Virus record (IMG/VR): IMGVR_UViG_3300016466_000592
Coordinates: 1 to 33,377 of that record
Strand: one strand, 5' to 3'
Source of the DNA: a virus
Taxonomy: Duplodnaviria > Caudoviricetes
Length of the DNA: 33,377 nucleotides
Part shown: piece by piece, positions 1 to 10,123 of the stretch
How the letters are laid out: each line of letters opens with the position of its first letter
How positions within the stretch are numbered: position 1 is the stretch's first letter
Position numbers and translations under genes: made by a program
Notes under the pieces: generated by a model
Database searches by the model: none
Seen by the model: only the letters and a program-made list of their open reading frames with translations
What the model was told of the DNA's origin: nothing

Positions 1-1411
1 AGATGTTGTCGTTGGTGTTATCAGTGATGCCGAAGATGATGAAGTTGTAGGAAGACAGCGGGAAACCATCAATGATGGGGTTTTCGATGTCATTCGTATG
101 GATGTTATCAAAGGCCGGGTTCAGCACAAACTTCACATTCGCGAGGAAAGGAATTACGTACTGGGTGTAAGCAAATCCGAAGTTGAGGTCCATACCTTTA
201 CCAGTGATGGCTCCGATCTCCGAAGCGTTGATCACCAGGCCAGAGTTGATGGCTTCCTTCTTAATTGCTTCGTTCACCAGTTTCATACCGGCGATACCGG
301 TCTGAACAACCAGCTGACGATTGGGATCGGGGCCTTGGAACTCTACACGACCGTTGAAGAAGTTGAAGATCTCACTCTTGAACAGATCAAGGTTGAAGGA
401 GCTCTTATTATAGATGCGCTTGTAGGAGTTGTCGAGCTGCTTCCACAGACCCACCGAGAGACGAATGTCATCGGGTCCGTCCTGCTTGATACGACCACCC
501 TGTCCCCACATCAGATAGGTCTCGATGTCGTTTGCGATCTTGGTAAGGTGGGCGGCTTCCAGCGTAGTAAGGAAAGTACGCGACAGCTGACCCGTCTGCA
601 TAGCTTTCTTCACAGCGTCTTTACCCATCTTGGAAACCATCGTCTCCAGCGAAGTAATGGTCGGATCTTTGGCAAACTCAGGTTCGAAATTCCTCCAAAG
701 CTCTACGACAGGTACGGTACCATCAGCCTTCATACCACCTTTGAGCATGAGGTCGGCACGGCTGGAGATGGAGTAGTGAACGTGTGCTTCAGCACCACCG
801 ACATAGTTATAAAACTCGCGGTAGCCAGCCTTAACATCACCCAGGTCGGAGAAACGCTCACCATATTCACCCCGGGCGCTACCCTTGCGGAACACCTTGG
901 TGCCTACTTTGAGGTATTTGTTATCGAGGAACTTGGCGTTGTCGTTGTTCACGAGCTGTACGGTGTAGATGAAACCATCACCTGAAGGAATGACATCATC
1001 CGCAACGATGTACATCTCAACACCATTGTACTTATCATAGGTGATGATATCGCCGTGACCAAAAGACTTTTTGTTCACTTTGATCTTAAAGGTCTGACCA
1101 TCGATACCCTTGGTGGCATTGGCTGCTTCAATGTCTTCGACGATATAGGGAAGATCCTGTGCGACAGGGATCTGCCACTTATACTCACCGCGGGCATTGT
1201 CGACCATGATGACGTTCTGTCCACCAAAAGAGGACATCTGATAGAGAGGCATCTCAACCTTCTGAGCCATGGCCCAAAGGTCGACCGGACCCATGTCGGT
1301 GGGTTCAGCGGATTTGAGGAGGTTCGACAGATGGTAGCTATCCACATGCGAGCTGGTTTGGTAGCTCGTATCACGCAGGAATATACCATTGTTTAATACA
1401 GGAGTAGGCAT
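1..1411 (-). CDS. Major capsid protein, crAss-like phage (3' end runs off the window)
   Basis: Translated by hand from ATG at 1411: MPTPVLNNGIFLRDTSYQTSSHVDSYHLSNLLKSAEPTDMGPVDLWAMAQKVEMPLYQMSSFGG...YLMWGQGGRIKQDGPDDIRLSVGLWKQLD...; open to position 1, codon usage of a highly expressed gene, and in terminase-portal-(gene)-capsid order as in crAss-like phages. Confidence 0.85.
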   Translation of the reverse strand, partial: MPTPVLNNGIFLRDTSYQTSSHVDSYHLSNLLKSAEPTDMGPVDLWAMAQKVEMPLYQMSSFGGQNVIMVDNARGEYKWQIPVAQDLPYIVEDIEAANATKGIDGQTFKIKVNKKSFGHGDIITYDKYNGVEMYIVADDVIPSGDGFIYTVQLVNNDNAKFLDNKYLKVGTKVFRKGSARGEYGERFSDLGDVKAGYREFYNYVGGAEAHVHYSISSRADLMLKGGMKADGTVPVVELWRNFEPEFAKDPTITSLETMVSKMGKDAVKKAMQTGQLSRTFLTTLEAAHLTKIANDIETYLMWGQGGRIKQDGPDDIRLSVGLWKQLDNSYKRIYNKSSFNLDLFKSEIFNFFNGRVEFQGPDPNRQLVVQTGIAGMKLVNEAIKKEAINSGLVINASEIGAITGKGMDLNFGFAYTQYVIPFLANVKFVLNPAFDNIHTNDIENPIIDGFPLSSYNFIIFGITDNTNDNI

Positions 1412-1440
1412 AGGGAATTGGATTTAAAGATTAATAAATT

Positions 1441-2709
1441 TTACCGTTTAAATATGTTCACCTGCCGAGGCAGTTTACGTGTTCTTGGTTGATCGTCGTC
1501 ATCTTCGACATTGCTGCCCATCCGACGACTTTGTTCTGTCTTGAGCTGCCGTATGGTTTGCTCAACTTTTTGATTCCCACCTTGACGGCGGAGTTGTTCT
1601 CGATAGTTTTCCGGATCATTCAGCAGCCATAATGCTTCAGCAATCAGAGGATAGTTAGGTTCGACATGCTGATATTTCTCAAGGAGATGACCTAATAAAT
1701 TCGTAGGACGACCACTTAAAGAAGGATATTGAAGCTGAACCAATCCTGTATAAAGCTGTGCCTGCACTTTCTTATCCAACTTGATTCCATTAATCTCGCT
1801 AGATCTCAGTGCTTCAAACACATTACTTTGATAGGCCTGCGCCATACGCTCTCTTTGTTCTCTGCGTGCCTCTTGCTCTGCAAGTTGCATTTGGATCATT
1901 TCCTCATGCATCTGATCTAGCTTAGGCTTGTACTGCTTAGCTTTCTTTTCAAGCTGCCCCAGATCTTTATAGTTTGTGATCTCTTCTTCTATTTCTTCAT
2001 CACTATAAAGATTGGTTGCTTGTAAGTACGACCTTACAATACCTTCTTGATCGTTCTCTTCTGCAGGGTTAAGCGCCCTCACTTGCTCCACTTGAGCCAA
2101 AGCTTGGAATAATCCCTTTAGATCTTGCCCGCCATCCATTACATATTTGGCTGCGTACTGCAATTCTTCCGGAAGACTCTCAAAGAACTCTTGAGGGGTC
2201 TTGGATGCCACCTCTGTTTTAAGGTTGTCGATGTTCGCCTGCCAGAGCTCTTCGATATCCTTCTCCCCGAGGGAGGATAGGTAGTCGTCCAGACTCTGTT
2301 TGGACTCGTCATAGTCGTCAAAGGCGAACATCTCCTTTGACTCGATCCGTTTTTTTAAGAACTCTACCAATCCTGACTTGTCCGTTCGAGGTCTCCCTCC
2401 TTTATTGACCTTATCGTCAGGATCGTCTTCATCAGTTGTTTGCGTTTCTTCTACAATTTGATCGAATGTTCCACGCGAAACGTCGGTCAACTTGTCTTTA
2501 TCATTCTTTTTCTCATCCTTTATTTCCGTAGTTTCCTTCTTATCAAGAAAACTAATATCAGGTTTGCCAGATGAAAAGAAGTTTGGTTTTGATTCAGTAG
2601 GCTTATCCGGTGTGATGATATTCTCCGCACCAGGAGTGCCTAACCAGCTGTCAATGTCAAGATCTACTTGTTGTACAGATGTCTGTACATTGGTTTGGGT
2701 TTCGGACAT
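1441..2709 (-). CDS. Putative capsid scaffold / structural protein between portal and MCP
   Basis: 422 aa, acidic low-complexity N-terminus and helical/coiled-coil C-terminus; position directly upstream of MCP. Confidence 0.6.
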   Translation of the reverse strand: MSETQTNVQTSVQQVDLDIDSWLGTPGAENIITPDKPTESKPNFFSSGKPDISFLDKKETTEIKDEKKNDKDKLTDVSRGTFDQIVEETQTTDEDDPDDKVNKGGRPRTDKSGLVEFLKKRIESKEMFAFDDYDESKQSLDDYLSSLGEKDIEELWQANIDNLKTEVASKTPQEFFESLPEELQYAAKYVMDGGQDLKGLFQALAQVEQVRALNPAEENDQEGIVRSYLQATNLYSDEEIEEEITNYKDLGQLEKKAKQYKPKLDQMHEEMIQMQLAEQEARREQRERMAQAYQSNVFEALRSSEINGIKLDKKVQAQLYTGLVQLQYPSLSGRPTNLLGHLLEKYQHVEPNYPLIAEALWLLNDPENYREQLRRQGGNQKVEQTIRQLKTEQSRRMGSNVEDDDDQPRTRKLPRQVNIFKR

Positions 2710-2842
2710 GTTGTTGGTTTTTATCGGATATTTCTATCAATTAAAATATACTGAATTAAACCTAAAGAAGTTACATATGCTTTTATAATTTCATCTAACA
2801 GATGGAATATAGCGCTATGAATTTTAAATCTTTAGCACATTA

Positions 2843-5584
2843 TTATTTTTTCGATCCAGGTACATCGTATTTGTTTTTATTCTCTTTGGCTATCTCTAAT
2901 TCTTTATTTGCAATTCTTTCTTTAGCAGCAAGCTTTTCTTTTTCAAGGTTGAGTTTTTTCTCCCCCATTTCCTTATTGATTTGCTGACCTTCCCGCTTAA
3001 GATTAGTTTGTTCTTGATAGCGTTGTTCTTGTCGAATAGTATCCATTGCATCTTGAAAGTCATTCTGCTGGTTGGTGTTGAGATCCACCATATTACCATA
3101 GCCCGCAGCCCTAATCTCTGCAACCAATACATCGTTCTGACGGTTAAGATCATTCTGTTCCGCCCGGAATTGCAGCTCCATTTGTTTTTGACGCTCTTGG
3201 CTTTCCAGCATTTGCTGCTGCATTTGTTGTTGTTGCTGCTGCTCAGCTTGTTTTTGTGCCATGGATTTCTGCTCAGCTTCTTTGAGAACATTGGTAAGCT
3301 CAGCAATACTTTCACTCTTTATAATATTGCCAAGGTCATAGATCGATGCCCCGGTGGTGTTATTACTTAAGGCAAGTTGTTTGAGTTGTTCCATTATAGA
3401 ACGCGAATTCGTCTTCGTCGTACAGAATATATTAAAGTCCCGAAGTAGCAAATCTGTACCATTGATCATAAAATTCATCTTCTCATCCGCCCCGGTCATA
3501 TACTGAAGCCGTACAGAAGGTTGTTGTGAATGATAGAATTGCGCTAGATCCGTTCGCATCTGATGCACACGCGGCATAAGATTGTCGCTGTGCTGGATGA
3601 AGTATTGTTCGGTCTGGGCGTAGGAGGCATTCATTGCTTGCTCTATACCCGTAGCGGTCTGCTGCTGGGCAATCTGTTGACCCATCCGCTGGGCGTTGAG
3701 ACCGATCACCTCGAACGCCTGTTGTTTGAAGTAGTTGGCCAGCTGTATGCGAGAGAGTAGTCGGTTGGTCTGTTCGAGGTTGAGCACTTGGTAATGCTGA
3801 AAGGCAAGCGCATTCTCCGTATTGGTGATGGTGGTATCCAAAGCAAGCATTTGAAAGTTCTTCATTGCCACATAAGCCTTGCTCAGATTACCCTTTCCCC
3901 AATCTTCACCAAGAGAATGGCGGGGGAGTGCGTTCTGATCCAAGAGAATCACTGTGCCAAGCTCATCCACTAGTATGTCTGCAATCTGATTGTTGACAAT
4001 GTTATACCCAATCTGATAGGGTTTCATCAGATCAACCAAGGAAATAGATCTTGTATTGCGATCCCCAAACACAGACCCTTCAACCGGAAGTTTACACCCA
4101 TATAAGGTGGCATCTCCTTTGAATTGAAAAGGAATCCTACCTGGTTTACCTCCATTCAATCCTAGGTAGATAGGATTGATGCCACCGGGATTGTTCATCC
4201 CCCAAAACGCAGGTCGATTGGGCCCAATCTTAATACCACCCCATACTTCGTTGATCCATATCCAATCAATATGCTCACCAAAGACCAAATTGTCTTTTGT
4301 CTTTTGTTTATATAAAACGGTATTATACTCAGGTTTGTCAGTGATTTTATATGTTTCATCCACTATGTCTTGCATCACCTCCCCCATATCGTTCACCTTG
4401 GTAAGATGCCCCACTTTACGTTGTGTCTTCCAATAAATTTGCGATACCCTAAGAAGGTGTCCTTTACCAAAATCCACTGTATCCTCGCTGTCAGAGAGTA
4501 TCCATTCTACGATATCCCCTGTACCAAACTTGGTATCATAGACACTCATATACTGACGATAAGCCAATGATGGCATCTCTGTATTCCAATCATGGGAACG
4601 AGAGGCATCGTAATAACTTCCATCATTTTGATAACCTTGGAGTGCATAACCGGCGGATCTTACAGGATAAATAGCCTCTAATGCTTCAAGTTGCTCTTGT
4701 GTCATCATCCAACCAAACTTGTCGATTACATCCGACACACTCATCAGATCCATCTTACCCACCCAGTTGCCCTGTGAGATGTAACGTACGTCGGGGCTCT
4801 TATGATAGAAGGTGAGCATAGGGTTCCAGAGTTCGATCTCGTAGTCATCCTCGTTCATCTTGAAGTGCCAAAACTCTCTATCCGTGATGAGCATATCACG
4901 AAATGCACGTTCTTCGAGCTCCTGCATTTTAAAGCGTTCTTCATCCACTGCCATTTGATGAGTAGCCCATTCTTCCACCATACTCCGATAGTCTTTTCTG
5001 AAATAGGCCTCTATCTCTGGTAGTGATTTCAAATTCTGAGGATCCATCATCTGCTGACCCTCTTCTGATTCCATATCAATACCATTACTCATCATAACGG
5101 ATATCATTTTTGCCTGTGCATCCGCGATGAGTGCGTCTTCCAACATCTTACGTTTTTCCTCCAACATTTCATTGAAGGACATATCATCCACTGCGCGAAA
5201 CATGATACGGCTGGAACGCTTGCTAAACTCATTACATAAGACATTCACTACATTTGGGATAATCGGATAGAACTTTAGTTCAAGTGCGGAAGCATCCTCT
5301 TTGGTAAGGGTGTCAATAAGATCCGCCATTTCATTATCCTCTTCGACGATATAATCATTCTTGTCTATGATACCCTTTGCCAACTTATAGTTCTTCATCA
5401 ACCGGCGGGCATTCCTCCGGAGTTGTTTCATCCCTTGGAATTCAAGCCAATCGAGATTATGTGCGCGCCATTCATCATCTTTTTCCTTCTCAGAAAGAAA
5501 TTGAACGGGTTGCATAAGCGTACCCATTTTCTTGTATTCGACCTTGGCTCCTTTCTTAAGATCGAGCGCATTATATACCCTCAT
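2843..5584 (-). CDS. Portal protein, crAss-like
   Basis: 913 aa directly downstream of the terminase; YPIIPNVVNVL and SLVDLMKPYQIGYN motifs, Q-rich coiled-coil C-terminus typical of large crAss-like portals. Confidence 0.85.
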   Translation of the reverse strand: MRVYNALDLKKGAKVEYKKMGTLMQPVQFLSEKEKDDEWRAHNLDWLEFQGMKQLRRNARRLMKNYKLAKGIIDKNDYIVEEDNEMADLIDTLTKEDASALELKFYPIIPNVVNVLCNEFSKRSSRIMFRAVDDMSFNEMLEEKRKMLEDALIADAQAKMISVMMSNGIDMESEEGQQMMDPQNLKSLPEIEAYFRKDYRSMVEEWATHQMAVDEERFKMQELEERAFRDMLITDREFWHFKMNEDDYEIELWNPMLTFYHKSPDVRYISQGNWVGKMDLMSVSDVIDKFGWMMTQEQLEALEAIYPVRSAGYALQGYQNDGSYYDASRSHDWNTEMPSLAYRQYMSVYDTKFGTGDIVEWILSDSEDTVDFGKGHLLRVSQIYWKTQRKVGHLTKVNDMGEVMQDIVDETYKITDKPEYNTVLYKQKTKDNLVFGEHIDWIWINEVWGGIKIGPNRPAFWGMNNPGGINPIYLGLNGGKPGRIPFQFKGDATLYGCKLPVEGSVFGDRNTRSISLVDLMKPYQIGYNIVNNQIADILVDELGTVILLDQNALPRHSLGEDWGKGNLSKAYVAMKNFQMLALDTTITNTENALAFQHYQVLNLEQTNRLLSRIQLANYFKQQAFEVIGLNAQRMGQQIAQQQTATGIEQAMNASYAQTEQYFIQHSDNLMPRVHQMRTDLAQFYHSQQPSVRLQYMTGADEKMNFMINGTDLLLRDFNIFCTTKTNSRSIMEQLKQLALSNNTTGASIYDLGNIIKSESIAELTNVLKEAEQKSMAQKQAEQQQQQQMQQQMLESQERQKQMELQFRAEQNDLNRQNDVLVAEIRAAGYGNMVDLNTNQQNDFQDAMDTIRQEQRYQEQTNLKREGQQINKEMGEKKLNLEKEKLAAKERIANKELEIAKENKNKYDVPGSKK

Positions 5585-5589
5585 GATAT

Positions 5590-5685
5590 TCAGTTAGTTA
5601 TGTAATGATATTGTACATCCCGACCCGTCGTACTTGTAGATACAAATAAAAAATCAGAAGGTCGAAGTGTAACTATAATGTTCAT
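5590..5685 (-). CDS. Possible 31-aa peptide between terminase and portal
   Basis: ATG overlaps the terminase TGA (ATGA overlap) and the ORF ends 5 nt before the portal ATG: MNIIVTLRPSDFLFVSTSTTGRDVQYHYITN. Confidence 0.35.
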   Translation of the reverse strand: MNIIVTLRPSDFLFVSTSTTGRDVQYHYITN

Positions 5686-7877
5686 TTGATATTCTTAAAA
5701 GGAAGACGTGGAGGTCTGTTTTGCGTAGATCCAGCACTAGCTGACCTACCCATATGACGAAAAGGGCTCCAATTTAATTTACTAAATTTTTTAGAGTTAT
5801 CCAAGTTTTGATTTGTAACCTCTACACGTTTACTAATCCCTCTATTTGACTGCTGTACTTTTGCAAAGGCAATGAGTGAACAAAAAGCCACCAACCGGTC
5901 GACGTTGAGTCCCTCCCTGTATGCTCTCATTTCTTTGAGCAGCATAATGTCCGGAATGCGCTCCACACCATAGATGGTCTTTACTATTTCCCCGTCAGGT
6001 TTTGTCTCATAGTCGAGCTCTTCTTTTAGAAATTCTATACCATAAGAAAGTATGGTGCCCTTAAAGATGGTGCCGACATTCTTCCATCCGTATTCTTGGA
6101 AGACATTCCGGTTGGCACCAATATCTTTGAGGAAGAGTATCATGTCCTTCGGCACCAAATACTTCTGTTTCTTACGGCTGATCATGTACTGTATGAACAG
6201 GGCTACGTTATTCTCCACGAGTGTCCAAGCGTTGTACCATTCGATCATCATCTCCAACCGTTCGTGCGTCTTGTTTAGGTCATCGAACCTACCACACCAC
6301 CAGGCAACTATCTTATCGCGCTCATAATTACTTTTTATAGAGCCATTGCCCTCATCTTTCACAACTTCCACCGGGTTTTTATAAATGTAGATGGAACACA
6401 ACGATTCACTCGTATTGGTTTTTCCCTCTCCTACCGGGTCAACACTAGCGTAGTAGGTCCCGAATGTAGAATTACTGTCTGGTCTTTCCAGAACACATAT
6501 TACACCAGTCTTATCTTCCGTCTTTTTTGAAATAGGGAACTCCATAATAGGAGTCTTTCGGGATTGCTTAGCTACAATTTTACCGTCTGCATTTCGCTCT
6601 AGATCCAGATATTCAATGGGGTATTCCTTGTCGTTGATACGTTGTTCCTGCTTACTCACCAGATGCATAGGAAAGACTGATGCTTTACGTGTGGCAAAAG
6701 CTTCTTCAATGTTTCGCGGATGTTGGGATATCTCAAGTTGATAGGCTTCAGGTGTAAGGTTCTTCTTGGCTTTAATGAAATATTCTTCCAATGCCTGCAG
6801 AGCCTCTTCCACTTTTGAATTACCAAAAGAGTCTATATAAGGAGGCATGCTCCATTGCTCTGGGATAAAAAGCCCCGTCACCCCTATGGCGCCATCGGAA
6901 TCTATCAAATCAGTTTTTACCCCGTAGAACCCATTTTCCTCTGGGTTCATGACGTACTCCTTCATTGGTTCGCACTGATCGAGATCGCCCACAGATCCAG
7001 CAGCAATAAACTGACCGGTTATGATATGACCACTTTTTAGTGCCGGTTTGATATACCCATAAGTCTGATACATTTTAGGGGCTATGCCAGCTTCCTCATG
7101 GAAGAAGTATGTGACAGGTCCACCGACACCGTTGGTTGGATCCTTTTCAAAGGTGTACCCTGATATCGTCGACTTCAATCCTTTATAAGTGTCCCTGTTA
7201 TTCACCCTCACCTTGATCTTCTGCTCCCAGGCAAATACTTTATCTGGTTCGGAGGGTCGGTACCAAGCCGTATGTTCATTCAGAAAGTTTCGGTATTCAT
7301 TTAAAAACTTCCATGATCCCTTTTCATTGATGTAATCTTTATGGGAAGCTCCCATCTTAAGCACTGCACCTGCTTCAAACCAATACATGTTGATCAGCTT
7401 TGCCATATGGAAATAGGAGCTGGCAATCTGACGTTTCTTCAAGATGATCGCATGTTTATAATGAAGTTCAGCGAGGTGCTCGTACAGTGCCATGTGATAC
7501 TGAGCATCCCGAACCTTGGCAAAGTCAAATCTCTTTTCTTCCTTATCATAGATGGGTAAAAAGTTCAGCCACATATAGTAGTCTCGACTGACATACCATA
7601 CATTAACGCCATTTTTGACGATAATGCCTGACTTACACTTCATTTTCTGGTCATCCCAATAGGAAATAAAGTCTTTGCTTTTTATAGGAGCGTTGCAGTA
7701 GTAGCCTTGTGTTTGGAATTTCCTCCCCTCAGCATTGAATACCCGAGTGGTATCGTCAAAATCGTATTTGCCCGGTTCTTTGAATATGCTCAGAAGAAAA
7801 TCCCGCCAATCCTCTTTAGAATCAAAAGTGGTGACTGTCCAATGGTCCTTGTCGTATGTTGGAACTTCTAAAAACAT
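5682..7877 (-). CDS. terL: Terminase large subunit
   Basis: 731 aa; Walker A-like ILKKRQIASSY, Walker B YFFHEEAG, nuclease motif YYASVDPV and late D-R-L-V-A; adjacent to the portal. Confidence 0.9.
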   Translation of the reverse strand: MFLEVPTYDKDHWTVTTFDSKEDWRDFLLSIFKEPGKYDFDDTTRVFNAEGRKFQTQGYYCNAPIKSKDFISYWDDQKMKCKSGIIVKNGVNVWYVSRDYYMWLNFLPIYDKEEKRFDFAKVRDAQYHMALYEHLAELHYKHAIILKKRQIASSYFHMAKLINMYWFEAGAVLKMGASHKDYINEKGSWKFLNEYRNFLNEHTAWYRPSEPDKVFAWEQKIKVRVNNRDTYKGLKSTISGYTFEKDPTNGVGGPVTYFFHEEAGIAPKMYQTYGYIKPALKSGHIITGQFIAAGSVGDLDQCEPMKEYVMNPEENGFYGVKTDLIDSDGAIGVTGLFIPEQWSMPPYIDSFGNSKVEEALQALEEYFIKAKKNLTPEAYQLEISQHPRNIEEAFATRKASVFPMHLVSKQEQRINDKEYPIEYLDLERNADGKIVAKQSRKTPIMEFPISKKTEDKTGVICVLERPDSNSTFGTYYASVDPVGEGKTNTSESLCSIYIYKNPVEVVKDEGNGSIKSNYERDKIVAWWCGRFDDLNKTHERLEMMIEWYNAWTLVENNVALFIQYMISRKKQKYLVPKDMILFLKDIGANRNVFQEYGWKNVGTIFKGTILSYGIEFLKEELDYETKPDGEIVKTIYGVERIPDIMLLKEMRAYREGLNVDRLVAFCSLIAFAKVQQSNRGISKRVEVTNQNLDNSKKFSKLNWSPFRHMGRSASAGSTQNRPPRLPFKNIK

Positions 7878-7898
7878 AAATAAGGAGCATTGTTCTAA

Positions 7899-8105
7899 TT
7901 ACTTCATTCTGATACTACGGTATTCTATATTTTCTACCACGCCATGCATACAGGTATCAGTGTATATGGTGACTTCGACAACTTCCACCTTGGGTTTTTG
8001 AGCAGGACTGAATTTGTCCACCAAATAAAAAGAGAAGGATAACATAATAATAGACAGCATCATACTAAGAAAATATATGCTTCTATACTCCATTTTGATT
8101 TTCAT
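7899..8105 (-). CDS. Small membrane protein, hypothetical
   Basis: 68 aa with an N-terminal hydrophobic helix; co-oriented and tightly packed. Confidence 0.5.
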   Translation of the reverse strand: MKIKMEYRSIYFLSMMLSIIMLSFSFYLVDKFSPAQKPKVEVVEVTIYTDTCMHGVVENIEYRSIRMK

Positions 8106-8376
8106 TTGAAGTATCTGTAGTGGTCGATGAAACCAATGACTTTATTTTGGTTTCATCTCCTTTTGTTTTATGCAATAATGAGATCAAGGTTTCAATACTA
8201 TTACTTCGAAGAATTCCTTTCGTCTCTTTATTGCTCCAATATTCTAGATATAGATCTCTAGGTATTGCCGCCCATTTTCTAGTGAAGATGTTATAATGAA
8301 ACACATAGTCGTGCATATGAGCATTATCGAAGTCTATGTATGTTGTGTCCATAGTATTAGAATGACATGTATTCAA
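8083..8376 (-). CDS. Hypothetical phage protein
   Basis: 97 aa with YVFHYNIFTRKWAAIPR; overlaps both neighbours in the operon. Confidence 0.6.
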   Translation of the reverse strand: MNTCHSNTMDTTYIDFDNAHMHDYVFHYNIFTRKWAAIPRDLYLEYWSNKETKGILRSNSIETLISLLHKTKGDETKIKSLVSSTTTDTSNENQNGV

Positions 8377-9208
8377 AGAAGTATTTTCGAAGTATATATA
8401 CTAAGACAGTCCCGGCAGTGGCTGCTGCACTGACCCACCCAACATGTTTCCATTTGTTTGAAGTGATAGTCTTCTGAGTAACGGTTTGTGGGCTATATCC
8501 AAAAGGTTGTGTTATTCTACCCTTCCAGTTCTTACCCATTGTGTCCACCGTAGAATTCTCAGAATCCAAATGAATGGCAATGATCTCTGGGATAAACGCA
8601 CGGTTTTTACGTCCCCATTTCTTAGCGTGCAGTACATCAGTGCGGTCTGCGCCGGCATTATCTTCCGGGTATAGTTTTACCCCGGAAATGTTTGGGTGCC
8701 ACATTTGAAAAAAACCAATGGGTTGATAGCCATCTCCCATATACTGTCCTATTCTTACCCCCACCGGAAAAGCTGTAGGGTGGATGTACACCCATCCTGT
8801 GTGCATGGGTGCCGGCTTGACAATAAACTTAGACCACTCCTCAAAGTTTGGGCACATCATCCTGTCAATACCATAGATATTGGATTTTTGGAGATCTATT
8901 TTCTCAAGTATGCTTCTTGTCAGTGGCGGGAGATAGATATCTGCATCCAGGTGGACCACCCAATCACGTTTGGATAGATATTCTAATCCGACATTAATAC
9001 CTTTAGCCTTATTGAATGGCTCTCCTGCTTCTGTCATCTCTCTTGTGGTGAGGCATTCCACGTTGTGATGGCGACATATTTCCTGTGTTTCTTTGTCTTC
9101 AGGGATAGTAATAACAAGCATATGGTTGAAATGCTGCTTGTTATGAGGTAGTGTATGTGCCAGGAAATCAGAGTAGTTAACGCACACAGTGACACACTCT
9201 ATATACAT
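8357..9208 (-). CDS. Glycosyltransferase, GT-A (family 2-like) with C-terminal membrane anchor
   Basis: FNKAKGINVGL followed by WVVHLDADI (DxD motif) and IGFFQMW; hydrophobic C-terminal segment. Confidence 0.75.
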   Translation of the reverse strand: MYIECVTVCVNYSDFLAHTLPHNKQHFNHMLVITIPEDKETQEICRHHNVECLTTREMTEAGEPFNKAKGINVGLEYLSKRDWVVHLDADIYLPPLTRSILEKIDLQKSNIYGIDRMMCPNFEEWSKFIVKPAPMHTGWVYIHPTAFPVGVRIGQYMGDGYQPIGFFQMWHPNISGVKLYPEDNAGADRTDVLHAKKWGRKNRAFIPEIIAIHLDSENSTVDTMGKNWKGRITQPFGYSPQTVTQKTITSNKWKHVGWVSAAATAGTVLVYILRKYFFEYMSF

Positions 9209-9218
9209 ATGAGTGGAA

Positions 9219-9428
9219 TTATAGGATTAGCTGTCTTGTGAGGCTGTCAATGAAATTCTTTATGGGTTCTCTATAATTGTGAAAGAAGTATATGGCAAAC
9301 CATAAAATGAGATAGGAAAGAACAACGATCATCACAATCATTTTGATAAGCTCCGATATATGTTTCTTATCAACTGATTTTTCTGTTGTCACTTCTATCT
9401 CTGCCGGCGGTTCTTTCTCACCATCCAT
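9219..9428 (-). CDS. Small single-pass membrane protein
   Basis: 69 aa with a strong TM helix (LIKMIVMIVVLSYLILWFAIYFF). Confidence 0.5.
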   Translation of the reverse strand: MDGEKEPPAEIEVTTEKSVDKKHISELIKMIVMIVVLSYLILWFAIYFFHNYREPIKNFIDSLTRQLIL

Positions 9429-9512
9429 CAGAGGTATGCCATAATCTACCTCCCCGACAGGGATACTTTCAGGATCATCAGGGGGGTCTTCAATTAAAAT
9501 CGGTCTTGCGGG

Positions 9513-9776
9513 TCATACCTTTAGCTCAAGTGAAAGCTTGACGCTATATATGATACCACTTTTCAAATGAGCAACACGCAATCTTCCGCTATCATTGAAA
9601 TGTTTGATCGGCTGCTCTGCATATTTGCTGGAGAGGTGATTGATTATTTCTGCCTTTGTCATAGGAGGCGAAGTGACCACTTCACCAAGGTTGATTTCCA
9701 TCAAAACAAATTGGTCATCTGCATTAAATAATTCCATGGGTATGTATTTTTTTTGGGATATGCAAAATGGATTCAT
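9513..9776 (-). CDS. Hypothetical protein
   Basis: 87 aa, 4-nt overlap with the upstream ORF. Confidence 0.5.
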   Translation of the reverse strand: MNPFCISQKKYIPMELFNADDQFVLMEINLGEVVTSPPMTKAEIINHLSSKYAEQPIKHFNDSGRLRVAHLKSGIIYSVKLSLELKV

Positions 9777-9979
9777 CTGACCAATAATAACTTTGGTTCT
9801 ACATGGTCGATAATCATGTTGATTGTCGGCACTTGACTACGAAATTCATCGTCTACCAGTTTGTTCAATACAGCTAAAAGCTCATACCTCTCTTCTCTAA
9901 GCGCAATCGTATAAACAAACAATTTCGTAATGGGGGAATAGCTTTCAAACCTATCCTCCAATTCTTGTTGTTTTTCCAT
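9773..9979 (-). CDS. Hypothetical protein
   Basis: 68 aa immediately downstream of the tRNA-like gene. Confidence 0.5.
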   Translation of the reverse strand: MEKQQELEDRFESYSPITKLFVYTIALREERYELLAVLNKLVDDEFRSQVPTINMIIDHVEPKLLLVR

Positions 9980-9996
9980 ATGGTGTCATAGTTAGG

Positions 9997-10118
9997 CTGT
10001 AGGGGGAGGAGTCGAACCTCCACGTTTACAATCTTTTTCTGTTTGTAATTCGCAAACCGAAAAAAAACATAAACACCGCTGAGACAAAGCGGCGCGGCTG
10101 CCATTTCGCCACCCTACA
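9997..10118 (-). tRNA. Atypical tRNA-Asp(GUC)-like gene with a 54-nt variable region
   Basis: Acceptor TGTAGGG/CCCTACA, discriminator G, D stem GCG/CGC, anticodon arm CCGCT-TTGTCTC-AGCGG, T arm GGAGG-TTCGACT-CCTCC; 54 nt (10022-10075) between anticodon and T arms fold as one long hairpin. Confidence 0.7.
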
Positions 10119-10123
10119 ATTAG

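Noticed and set aside
98-1396. Plus-strand ORFs of 295 and 113 aa and the 104-aa minus ORF at 1075-1389
   Set aside because: Shadows of the major capsid gene (minus strand, ATG at 1411), which the track missed because it has no stop in the window.
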